NCBI GenBank assembly: GCA_030770535.1
Contig: JASVEC010000013.1
Span: forward strand, 744,001-808,000
Direction: 5' to 3'
Length of the DNA stretch: 64,000 nt
From: Batkoa obscura
Lineage: Eukaryota
Under the pieces are notes generated by a model that was given only the letters and a program-made list of their open reading frames with translations, was not told the origin of the DNA and ran no database searches. The position numbers and the translations under genes were made by a program. Positions 1-11,313 of this stretch are shown here, one piece after another (positions within the stretch are counted from its first letter, which is position 1; every line of letters starts with the position of its first letter).

Positions 1-22
1 TTATTATTATTATTATTGTAAA

Positions 23-327
23 ATGACCAACTTTGGTATTACTTCATTAGGAAAACAAGGCAAAGCGTAATTTATCTTACAATCCTTTATCCACTTCAAT
101 ATAATAAAGCCCTTAATTTATATAGCTGGTTAACAATTATTGTTGTTACACCTTTAGTAATGGTAACCTCTTATGAACTTTATCAAAGAAGTAAATTCAA
201 TTTATTAATTTTATCAAAGAATGGTTTTAACTAATGAATTTTTATTTTATTAGTTATTAATGGTAAACAACAAAAAGTATTAAATGAACATGATAAATTT
301 CAAATTGTAAGAGAACCTAAAAAATAA
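23..327 (+). CDS. Small 3-exon single-pass membrane protein (~60 aa), not in the ORF track
   Basis: Exons 23-66, 126-190 and 254-327 joined at GT-AG introns give MTNFGITSLGKQGKAWLTIIVVTPLVMVTSYELYQRIINGKQQKVLNEHDKFQIVREPKK*. The frame holds across both introns and there is one hydrophobic segment. Confidence 0.7.
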
Positions 328-687
328 GTTTTTGATGAAAGATTATGGCGATGCGGATTAAGTTTGAAGCTATTTATTAAAAGTAGATTAAATTAGGATG
401 GAGTAATTTAGTTTATATGTTTTTTTTTTATAATTTTTATTATTAGTTATTAATGTCTATAATTTGTGTTTTTAATAAAATGGTTGATTCGATATTATGA
501 TATAATTTATAAAAAATCTTGTTTATTTCAATTGAACTATTTTTATAGGATATCTTTTTAATACTTTCTGTACATGACTTAAAGTTTGTTTCATTATTTG
601 CTTATCTGTTGTACAAGTATAATCGATAACCCAATTGCTTTATTATATTTAATTAATAGCTTCACTTTATTATCTCGTAGTTTTGTA

Positions 688-731
688 TTTTTATTTTATT
701 TTATTTTATTTTATTTTATTTTATTTTATTT
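688..731. repeat. (TTTTA)n microsatellite
   Basis: Tandem TTTTA units read directly. Confidence 0.9.
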
Positions 732-1078
732 GATACATTTATAAAGTAACACATATCAATAAAAATAACATCATATTTAACATTTACATTAAATTGTTAC
801 CTTAAATTTATTTACTATTGTTACCTTTTAATATATAATTGGAATGTCTTTATAGTGTAATAAAAGGTTGATTAAACTCTTCCACATAAGAAAATAAAAA
901 ATTACTTTTTATTAAAAGTGCAATAGTAAACGCTTTTAAAAAATCTAAATTATAGAAAAGTAGATTAATATTAAAAAGAAGAAAATTGGGAAATAGAGAA
1001 AGAAAAGAAGGTAGATAATAAACTTTAAACGAACTTATTGAGCGTCATCAACAATTAAAAAAATTCTCATTCTTCTTC

Positions 1079-2480
1079 TTATTTCTCACTATTAATAAGA
1101 TGAAGTAAATTTTGTACTTGATTTCTTGTAGATTCATCTTCCTCATAATATTCACTAAACGTATTATCTCTTAAACATTCTGGTAAATGAAGTTGAAGGT
1201 ATTTTCTAACACTAAAAAAACCATTAGCACTTTATTCTTCCATATATAAAAATAAAGACTTACTAAGCACTTTCACATAATTTGATGTATACTTTTAATA
1301 ATTGTTTATATAATCTAAAGGATTTTTCATTTTTTAAAAACGAAGTAGCTGCTAATAATCCTGATATTGTAAAATAATAATATTCTTGGGAATTAAGTAC
1401 TAAATCGAACACTGTTTTATGATTTAATAATTTCCCTAAGATAAAAAGACCAATCTAAAATATAAATTATATAAACCACAAATAACATTATAATACAGAT
1501 AAAAAATAAATAGTTACCGTCTTTGTTAAATCCGCTCCATAACTTTTGGTTTCAATTAATTTTAATACAATAGGTAAAAAATCCATTTTAATTAAGACTT
1601 CAACTATTTTCAAATCATCACACTAAGTTAAAAAGTTATAAAACTATAAATAACATACATCACTTAATAAATAAAAACAACTTTACCTTAACTAAAGCCC
1701 CAAACACGCCAAGGGTGCTTGTACGAATATGCTCAATGGGTTGTAATTTATTCGGTATTGTTAAAAAGGGTAATAAAAAATGAGGGATGGCAGCTAAAAA
1801 AAAATTGAATTCAATTTCAAAACTAAAACCGATTGAAATCTCCACTTACAAGTAACAAACAAAGGTCTAATTCTTTCACAGGTAGCAATCACCTGAAGCA
1901 ACGTTAACACATGACCTATATGAACCGACTGCTCATTACCCAATGTAGAGCCATAACAGTTAGGATAAGCTTTAAAAATCTCTTGCATTAGGACCGACAT
2001 TGCCCCAAAAGAGTACCAAACCATTGGACCTAAAATATCATAATCTTCTCTATATTCTAATAATTGGGGAACAGCTAATTTACAAGTAGCTGGATCCAAT
2101 AGCATATTAACCGCTGAAAATAAAGTTTCCATATCTAATACTTTATTCTTTGGGTTTAAATTAGAAATATTACCCCCATGCTGATACATGTTATTATTTT
2201 GCATTTGTTGTGCATGTTGATTTAACATAGAAATTGGATTCACTTGCGATATAGGCATATTTTGTAATTGCGGATGCATATAAGGAAGGTTCTGTCCTTG
2301 CATAGAATTATAATAATAAGCTTCATTGTTTTGGACCATACCATAATGACCTGGTGGTACGCCATTATTACCTAAATTAGGATTGTTGGCAACGTTATTC
2401 GTTCCTGGTGGTACTTGCATATATCCTTGCATATATCGTTCATTTCCATACCCTTGATTGTAGAGGTTGGGGTTATTCAT
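1079..2480 (-). CDS. CNOT9: CCR4-NOT subunit CNOT9/Rcd1/Caf40 family protein, divergent, multi-exon, with N/Q/G/Y-rich N-terminus
   Basis: Spliced translation contains LGPMVWYSFGAMSVLMQEIFKAYP, IPHFLLPFL..EHIRTSTLGVFGALVK and LPECLRDNTF, matching Rcd1 motifs. Stop TAA at 1079-1081. Confidence 0.85.
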
Positions 2481-2754
2481 CTTTTTTTATTTTCCTGAAA
2501 GCTTGCTTAAAGTTAATAGAAGTTTAGAATTTAGAATTTAAAATTTAGAATTAGCTATTTTTTTCAACTGTTGAAAGAAGGATTGATTGGCTATACTAAA
2601 TTTAAGTTGATAATAGGTTGAAAGCGTCATCTTGGTTAGAATAGCTAAAAATATTAAACTAGTAGACTTATGTTAATAAAATTTATTTTATCTGATCATT
2701 TATTCAAAACGAATAATTTATATTGAGCTCTACTGGATCATATAAAAAAGATAT

Positions 2755-4961
2755 GGGGATGTCCAAATTGGTCTCAGAAGTCAATTAAAAATTAAATAAA
2801 AAAATTTAACTTAAAAGACTTATTTTAATTGTTTTATTTTTTTAAATAATTAAAAAAATTAACTCTGTTTTATATTGTTTTTATTAAATGTTTAATAGAT
2901 ATACATTATATAAATATATAGTTATTTGACTTTACTTTTATTAAAATAAAAACAAAATCCAAGCTCTTATAACTAAACTTTAAAATGGAATTTTTAAAAA
3001 TTTTAATATAATAAGGAAAAACATACTATATAAACATTGTAATTCATTTACATTAATTTTGATAATTATTTATAATAACCTAGAATTTATGGAATTTTAT
3101 AATGATAATAATAACAACTATTAAAGTTTACTATTAATAATAATAAACTTAATCAAGCAATGTATAAAATTAGTGCTTTAAAGGAAATAGGAAATAAAAA
3201 CCAATAAGTAGCATTATTATTAAAAATATAAAAAAATCAAAAATAAACAAATTAAAATCATTATATAATATTTACTTAATGATTCAACTATTTTATCAAG
3301 GTTTAATAATAATAAAAACAATAATAAATATCTTTTAAATAATATATATATTGTGAAAGTTGGTACTCAGTGGTAGGTGTTAAAAGCAGCTCTTGCTTGA
3401 TTAACTTGCCTTGAGTCGAGCGGTCTTAGCTTATGTGACTAAGATAGACTTAAATGAATAGAAATAATACGTAATAAGTTACGAACTATGTAAAACAAAT
3501 AGAATAGACAATACTACTGTAAAATCTACGTAAGATGTTGTCAGAAAGACTTAGTGGCTTTATTAATAGTACGATATCAGAGAGTAATTCAGTTAAAAAG
3601 CTTCGAGTTATCATACTGAAGAATATCTTTTATACTCCAACAAGTATGGATATCAAAACGAGAGGACATTATTCTTTGCAATATGAAGTTAGAAATTCTC
3701 GCAACAAATCAAAATAAGGGACTCTGAATTGATTGTGTTTGAACTTGAGAACACAATAACTTAAGTGATTGTTGTGTTATAATCAATCCGAGAGCTAATA
3801 AAGCAATGTTTCATACTATATACTAAATAATTTTAAAAATGCAGCAAAAAAAAACAGATTTATATAATGTATATGCACAATATGCAGTTAGAAAAAAGCT
3901 ATTTGAAGATAAAATAAATACAGCAATAAAAAATAAAGCAGAGATAAAAAAATCTTTTGATTAAAAAAAAACATAAATTACATAAATTTTGTATTGACAT
4001 TTAAAAAAATATGTTTAATGAAACTATTAAAATTAAATAATAAAGGTTGTATAATAATTTTAGACTTTAAATGAAATATAGAAATAAAAACAAGATTAAA
4101 CTTAATAAATTCAAACCATTATAATAAATAAGCTATATCAGTATTAAAATTTGGTATTTTATATTTAAAAAATAATAAAACAATAAATAAAATTTACTTT
4201 GTTTATTTACCTAAAATATTAAATTATAATTTAATATTTAAAAAGCTTTTATTTAAAAAATTTACAAAAATTGATATATAACCAGATATAAAAAAAGTAT
4301 TTTAAATTTGAAAAGTTTTTACATCATATATTTAAAAATTTTTATAAAATAAATAATAGTTTAAATTTAAATTTAAATTTTTCTGCTGAGCATTATAGAA
4401 AAATATAGTTGATAAATATTTTAAAAACCTTTTATAATAAAAAATAATTTTGAAACATTAAGTAAAACATAAAATATTAATTAGTTTTAAAATTTGAGGT
4501 TTTTTATTTGTAAACATAATAAAATTAACAACTTAACTGTTAATAAAATAAATAAATATAATTTTTAAAAAGCATAAAAAAAACAAAGATATAAAAATAC
4601 AAAAAAAATAATAAAAATACAAGGTGTTAAAAAGTATTCATATTTTATTAAATACAACAATAAACTATACTATTGTTCAATATCTGGTAAATCAAAAAAA
4701 GTGATATAATTCTAATTAAAGTTATAAAGTCTACAAAAAATAGAAAAATTAAAAAATCAACCCCAGCTTATTTTATAAAAATAACAAAAAAATTAAAAGC
4801 TTCAATATTTACTAAGTAGCTTACTGAATAGTAGAAATCAATTATTGAAATTATCAATAAAAATTCCGCCAACTTAAAATATAAATTATAATAAAATAAT
4901 TTAAAACTCTATTGGATGCTTTTGGTTTTTAATAAAAAATGAAACCAATTCGGACATCCCC
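2755..4961 (+). mobile_element. Decayed cut-and-paste TIR transposon, Sola-like, with a nested solo LTR
   Basis: 22-bp TIRs GGGGATGTCCAAATTGGTCTCA and TGAAACCAATTCGGACATCCCC (2 mismatches). ATAT TSD at 2751-2754 and 4962-4965. Stop-riddled remnant at ~4030-4430 reads CIIILDFK*NI, *PD..KYFK and LNFSAEHYRK/IVDKYF. Confidence 0.75.
3352..3815 (+). mobile_element. Solo LTR-like repeat, copy 1 (464 bp)
   Basis: TGTGAAAG...TTTCATA ends (CA mutated to TA), AATAAA near the 3' end, near-identical to the copies at 14579-15044 and 15834-16297. Flanks ATAT/CTAT. Confidence 0.8.
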
Positions 4962-4979
4962 ATATCAAGTATCGGGCAC

Positions 4980-5063
4980 TCTCACCTCCCGGGATCGAAC
5001 CAGGGACCGATGGATTGCTATTTAATTTACAGTCCATCGCTCTTCCAACTGAGCTAAGGTGAG
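4980..5063 (-). tRNA. tRNA-Tyr(GUA) with 11-nt intron
   Basis: Reverse complement CTCACCTTAGCTCAGTTGGAAGAGCGATGGACTGTAA[attaaatagca]ATCCATCGGTCCCTGGTTCGATCCCGGGAGGTGAGA; cloverleaf stems and A/B boxes intact. Confidence 0.95.
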
Positions 5064-5620
5064 CTTCTACTTAGGTCTATTTTAAGTCAGTCTATATAAT
5101 CTAATTTTTTATTTTGGTTGCCATTGTCTATATTAAATGGTTAATATTATGTGATAAAGTCTATAAAAGTAGGGCGAGGTAATAAAAAAAGTATCTGATT
5201 TTATTTCAGATATTTGAGTATTCTTAAGTTATTTTAAATGTGTTTTTTATGTTAGTTAGTTCTTTCGGGTATTTTATTTATTGACTTTATTTTTGAATTT
5301 TTTATTATTTATTTTTCTTTGAAAATTTTAATTTATAATAAAATAATATTATTAATAACTTTATTTTTTTAGAAATATCAACTTAGTGTTATACAATATT
5401 TATAATGAATCAGCCTATATATTTACTATATGATTCAGCTTTAGGCTATTTATATTATCTTATCTCTTTTTTAAATCTTTTCTATATTATTTATAAATGT
5501 TAAATAATACCAAAAATAATAAATAGATAAATAATTAAAAAGCCTTGAAAATGATAATCTTTATGATAATTTTTGAGTATATTGAAAGTGAAATTTAAAT
5601 GTATAAGTATATATATATAT

Positions 5621-5717
5621 GAGTGTTTTTTTTGGTTTCATTATTTTTTCTATTTTTTAAGTGTTATTTGAGTGGAAAAATTGTTAGCAAAATCCTTAAA
5701 CAAAGAAATACATCCCC
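5621..5717 (-). mobile_element. MITE (~98-bp GGGG...CCCC family)
   Basis: Matches the family consensus and ends ...aatacatcccc followed by ATAT. Confidence 0.8.
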
Positions 5718-5773
5718 ATATATCATTTTGAATAAGCGGTATTGAATAAAACAACTTTAGTAAAGCACCATTT

Positions 5774-5871
5774 AGGGGTGTTTTTTTTATTTCATCACTT
5801 TTTTCATTTTTTAAGTGCTATTTGAGTGGAAAGACTATCAGTAAAATTCTTGAACAAAAAAATACATCCCC
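5774..5871 (-). mobile_element. MITE (~98-bp family)
   Basis: Family consensus with ATTT TSD on both sides. Confidence 0.85.
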
Positions 5872-6059
5872 ATTTAATAAAATAACATTTAATATAATAA
5901 CATTTAATAAAGGGATTAAACTAAAGATTCCACACTGTAAAATATAAAAAAATACATGAAAGATGCAAATAAGTGAGATATAATTAATAGCGGGGGTTTC
6001 GATGAAAAGGGAGATGCTGCCCTAGGGACATCAATCGTGAGAGGGTTGCTTTGTTATAA

Positions 6060-6769
6060 TCTTCACCCTAATCCTTATAAAAACCAACTTTATCAAAGTG
6101 AATTAACCTGTTTAAGTAAATCAGAATATTTATATAAATGGCTAATAAAATTGGTTATAACGTAATGGTTACTATAGTGTCTGATGGAAGTTACCACATT
6201 TGTAAAATAAAATAAAAATAATTAATGTAAACTTTAGATTTTTCTTCAAAGATTCAAAATCGGAACTATATAGATTGGTAATCATAATGTATTAAATTTT
6301 TTAATTTTATTTTATAAATAGAATAAACCCTATTAAACACTAAAGTGATTATCCCGTTATACCCAATTTTACTATACCATTTATATAGCTATTTTAATTT
6401 ATTAAATAAAGTGATTAATTTGTGACACTAGCAATAATGTCTGATAAGGTTTATTCTATTTATAAATAAAAATAAAAAATTTAATAAAAACTTTTGTATT
6501 TTTTTCAAGAGTTAGAAATTGTTAACCATATAGCTTTGTAATCATACTTTTATATTATATTGTATTATATTATGTTGTTAATGTAATAATCCCCATCAGA
6601 CTATTCGATTTTACCATACCTATGTATAAGTAATTCAATTTGTTTAAATATAGTGATTAGTTTGTGACGTTTACTATAATACCTGATGGAGGTTATTCTA
6701 TTTATAAAAAATACAAAAAATATAAACATAAACTAAATCTTTCTTTAAGTTTAGAACCGAGAATCATAT
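6060..6769. repeat. Degenerate ~250-bp tandem repeat (3 units) with an internal inverted segment
   Basis: Motif ata.tgtctgat.g.ggtt.ttctatttataaa recurs at ~6174, ~6434 and ~6676. Segment ~6290-6342 is an imperfect inverted copy of ~6434-6487. Confidence 0.55.
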
Positions 6770-6867
6770 GAGGGTGTTTTTTTGACTTCATCGCTTTTTC
6801 GTTTTTTAAGCGCTATTTGAGTGGAAAGACTATTTAGTAAAATTCTTAAACAAAAAAATACATCCCC
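6770..6867 (-). mobile_element. MITE (~98-bp family)
   Basis: Family consensus, flanks ATAT/ATTT. Confidence 0.85.
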
Positions 6868-7661
6868 ATTTAATTTTTTAGCCATGATGTTTTATTTTTT
6901 AATTAAATTTTAACAATTGATAAGAATTCAATCATAACACATCGTGGTCTTGCTTTTTCCACTCTCCTATTACTAAGGTGATAAATATTATTTCATACGC
7001 ATTTTTTCTGAAAAGTATATAATGTTAATATAATATTAATTAAGGCCCTTTGCTTTTTTTAGAGTAACTTCTAGATTTCATACGTTAACAAAACGTATTG
7101 AAGTCCTAAATTGTTTAAAATCATGTAAAATACAATGTATAGTAAAGTTTCGTTTTATTTATTATAAAATAAAAATTGGTGTAAGCTTGAAAACATCCAC
7201 TTTTTACTCATGTTTGTAGTGACTAAAAAATTTACTTAGATAAATTAAGAAAATGCCGTACATTTATGGTATGGTAATTCCAATATGATTATAGACAATT
7301 AAAATAAGTAAGTTTCTAATAGTTAATTATTGTTAATAAAAAAAGGCGATAATAAATTATTAATAAAATAGAAACCAGTTTATAACATAAGAATTTGTAA
7401 AGCTTTTCGCTTTAAAACAACTATTAATAAATTTTTTGGTATGATATGAATTGCTTTCTTTATGTTGAAGTTGTAATACTTTATCTATAAGCTATAACCT
7501 TAATTTTATTAAGTTATTCTTACTTTCATATTGAGTTTTTTTTCGCATTTACTATTATCTAATCGTTGTAGTGTTATAGTTTTTATTTTCATACTAAATG
7601 GAAAGGTATATAAAGAATGATAAAGTCTTCTATCTTTAATATAAATACAATCCTCATAAAA

Positions 7662-7832
7662 ATGAAATTTTTGATTTATACTTCCTTGATTATTCTTACT
7701 ACTCTCTCTAGCGGAACTTATGGTTATTCTAAACCAACTGAGGTAGCTCATCCAGTTGAAAATGATAATTCAGGTCCTACTCCAGTTGTTGAAGTTAAAG
7801 TAGTAGCTACTGATATTGATACTTACCCTTAA
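7662..7832 (+). CDS. Small secreted peptide precursor 1 (56 aa, C-terminal DTYP)
   Basis: MKFLIYTSLIILTTLSSGTYG|YSKPTEVAHPVENDNSGPTPVVEVKVVATDIDTYP. Signal-peptide-like N-terminus, TATATAAA at ~7608, downstream AATAAA, and a paralog at 10377-10541. Confidence 0.8.
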   Translation: MKFLIYTSLIILTTLSSGTYGYSKPTEVAHPVENDNSGPTPVVEVKVVATDIDTYP

Positions 7833-10376
7833 TTAACTTTTATCCTTTTCATGTATTTCAATTATTATGACTTCTCATATATTAATATTTACACTATAAT
7901 CCTATTCCAAAAAGTTTATAAGTCTTGTTATTAAATAAAATTATTCAATATTTTAATTAATTTCTTTTTATTGTGCACATTAAAATTTTATACGCTTTAT
8001 TAATATTTAATTCTTCAAGGAGCTTTTAATCAATAGTTTTGATTCATAAATTGCAAACTTATCAATAAAATGGTTTTGTTGGATTTATTAAAAAGTTTCA
8101 TTTAAAATTTTTCAATAATACTTGCAATTCTATTATAGTTTATCAAATACTTAATCTGAGTCTAAAATTCATATTCTCTTTACTAATGTTATATAAATGT
8201 TACTATGATATCAAATAGTGGCGTTGAAATAAATAACGCCATCATAACTAAGCAGAAATAAATGTAAATATTGAATATTTAGGTCTTTTTTAACAAAAAA
8301 GATGATAAAGTAGTAAAATTAATAAATTTCCTCTTGCCTTTTTTAGTTCTATAATCATTTGATAAACCATATGGCACTCAAAAAATAAATGATTATAAAG
8401 TTTTAATATGACCCTTAAATTATAATTATAATTATAATTATAATTATAACAAACTGTTATGCTATTTTATGTAAATTTGTCATCTTACTCGCATTTTAAT
8501 TTATTTTAATAATGTCAATACATTCATCTAAAGGTAGCCAGAAAAGACTTTTGTAAAAAGCAGCAGTAAAAAAAACTGAAGAGATTGTAATATTGTATAT
8601 AAAAATGTGGTAGTTAAATAATAAACAAGTTGAAAATAATTCAGATTAAGCTCCATTTTTTCGCTTTACTCTTGTTTAAATAATAAATAAGTTAACATGA
8701 GGTTCGTAACTTATTTTATTTTACATGCTTACCAATCTCATATACTCTTTAATAATAGTAATATCCCCTTTTGGATGTATAGGGATACTTTAATTATTTG
8801 AGTCTATTTTGATTAATAAAAACGATAATCAAGTACTCAAATCAAGTACTCAAATCAATGATTTAATGTTATAAGGTCTTAAAAAATATTATAAAAATCC
8901 TAAAAATATATTATTATTGGAATAAGGCGAGATTTGTTTTTTTTGAGATAGAAAGTTCTAATACTTATAAATTATATCATTATAGAACATAAATGTATAA
9001 ACTAAGCTTATCTTATACAAATAATTAAAAAGAACGACCAGATAACATTGTATATTTATATTTGGCTATAGTCATCCTTATTTTGAGCATTATACTAACC
9101 ATTTTACTTGGCTTCCTTTCTAGAAGGAATTTCGTTACTTCATTACACTCAAAATCACATATTTTATATCATCGACTTTTACTTGAAATAGTTGAATCAA
9201 CAAATTTTATAAACTTATCTTATAATAAGACTTTGTGTTTTATTATTATAAATCAATAGCTTAGTAACATAAATATATCAACATCGCTTTAATCTATAGG
9301 ACTTTCATTAAGTTCTTTGAACCATATATAATATATATAGGTTATCTGTTACATAGAATAAATCAAATTTCATCAAATTTGAGACCTTAAATGTTTGAAT
9401 CATATAAATACGGCTCAAAACGTTAATTATTTGATATATTACATTTATTATTATTTTAAATATAAGAAACCTTTATTTTTAATTGGGTTTAATTGGGTTT
9501 AATTGTATTTAATTGTATTTAATTGTATATTCTTTCAAAATCAACAAGTTTTTTATTTTCAGTAAGTACCCCTAATTACGTAAATGAAAACAGTAACTAT
9601 TTCTTTAGATAGTAAAGGTATGATGTTAATTACATTAACATAATAGAATAAGGAAATAAACAAATTTAAAACATGCGTGTTCAATATCGATAGAGTAATG
9701 TTACCATATCAAATAAGAATCAATTTTATGACCTAAAGCTTAAGAAAAAAGTCACGCTTTTAATGGTATTAGCGAGTTTGTATAAAAGTTCCAGAATTCG
9801 GTTTTGAAAATTCAACATTCCATTTGTGATCTCAATTTAAACCTGCTTCTACACGATACTGTTTTATTTATAAAAACCTTAAAAGTGTTGTGGATCCAAG
9901 TCCATTACTGCTTTTTTTGATCTATAAATTAATTATAAAATAAAACCAAAAGGGGTATATTAATTAATAAATGCCTTGGAAAATTAAACTTAAAATAAAA
10001 GTAATACTAAATTAATGTATTAATTTACAAACAACTTGGTATATGAAGCTACAAAAAAACACAGTTTATGATTTGAAAATTTGAACGAATGAAGTATTTT
10101 CGAATTAAGTAATTGAATAAATAAAATTTTGAAATACTATATTTATCATTAGCTTGAAAAGGATATCAAAATATTTTTGTTCGAATGCATATTCCAGATA
10201 CTGGAAATAATCCGGTTTATGTTATAATAAATAATAAATAATAAATAATAATAAAATCAGATTTAACATTCCCTAAACTTATATTTACTTCAAAAATACC
10301 ACTTGAGGTATTGCTATAAGATGAAAGATATAAATAGTCCAATATCGAGAGGTATCAAATATTAAAATAAACAAAA

Positions 10377-10541
10377 ATGAAGTTCACATTATTATATTTC
10401 TCTGCATTGACCCTAATAGTTTCAGTATCATCTTCAAGTTTACCAACGAAAGCTATTGTATTAGTTGCTATTGATTCAAGTAAACCTACATCAGTAGTTC
10501 CTGTCTCATCTCCAGATTTTACTGGAGAAACGTACCCATAA
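10377..10541 (+). CDS. Small secreted peptide precursor 2 (54 aa, C-terminal ETYP), below the ORF-track cutoff
   Basis: MKFTLLYFSALTLIVSVSS|SSLPTKAIVLVAIDSSKPTSVVPVSSPDFTGETYP. TATAAATA at ~10329, AATAAA at ~10667, 14/35 ungapped identities to peptide 1. Confidence 0.8.
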   Translation: MKFTLLYFSALTLIVSVSSSSLPTKAIVLVAIDSSKPTSVVPVSSPDFTGETYP

Positions 10542-11216
10542 AGTCAAAGGCATTTCACTGACTTTGATTTGAAATTTATCATCATTTATTCCTTTTTCAT
10601 TACTCAAACATATATCTGGGTATATATTATTGTATGTCTTTGTTATGAAGATTTACCATTAAAATCAATAAAATCTTAGTATCCTTTTATTTATTTTTAA
10701 CCCTTTTTGTACCATTTTTAAAAATACGAGTAAATGAAAATTTTATTAATAAATTTTATCAACAAATTTTATTTCTATTAAGTTTTTATATACCATGTTA
10801 ACAAATAAATCTATTTTATTAATAATTATTAAGAGAGTGTTTAACTTAATTATAAAAATAATATTGTTGGCCAAAATAAATGAAAATATAGATCCATTAT
10901 CCAAAATTTTAAAATTACTTGGGTAGTGCTGTACAAAATAGAGTTTGAATCTATGAAGTTCACCCTATTCAATATAAAGCAGGTAAGGCCGAACTGAGCA
11001 ATTTCCTAGCGTTTACATAATTTATCATTTTACTCATCTTTTCCCCCGCTCTTGTCGATAACCCTTATAATTTGGTTTTTTATACGTTTACATATCTCTG
11101 ATAATAAACCATTGTGAGTTTTTCTCCTTCAAAATTTAAAAATAAATAAATCATTTTAATCAATTCATTACAACTAAAAGGGGAATTAACTTGGCTACTT
11201 TTTTTCCAAATAATGT

Positions 11217-11313
11217 GTGGAAGTATTTTTTTGTTTAAGAATTTTGCTAACAATCTTTCCACTGAAATAGCGCTTAAAAATGAAAAAATGATGAAGCCAA
11301 AAAAAAAACCCTC
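11217..11313 (+). mobile_element. MITE (~98-bp family)
   Basis: Family consensus, flanks ATGT/ATAT. Confidence 0.8.

Noticed and set aside
3535..3717. 60-aa ORF from the ORF track
   Set aside because: It lies inside the solo LTR, copy 3 lacks its start codon (ATG to ATA), and it has no recognisable motif.
6170..6700. Repeated CTGAT motifs suggesting tandem hammerhead ribozymes
   Set aside because: The motifs are CTGATGG or CTGATAA, not CUGANGA, and I found no matching GAAA core with supporting stems.
9478..9528. Short tandem 10-mers (TTTAATTGGG/TTTAATTGTA) as telomere- or CRISPR-like repeats
   Set aside because: It is a simple minisatellite with no spacers, no cas genes and no chromosome-end context.
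11080..11262. 60-aa minus-strand ORF
   Set aside because: It starts within a MITE and has AT-rich random composition.
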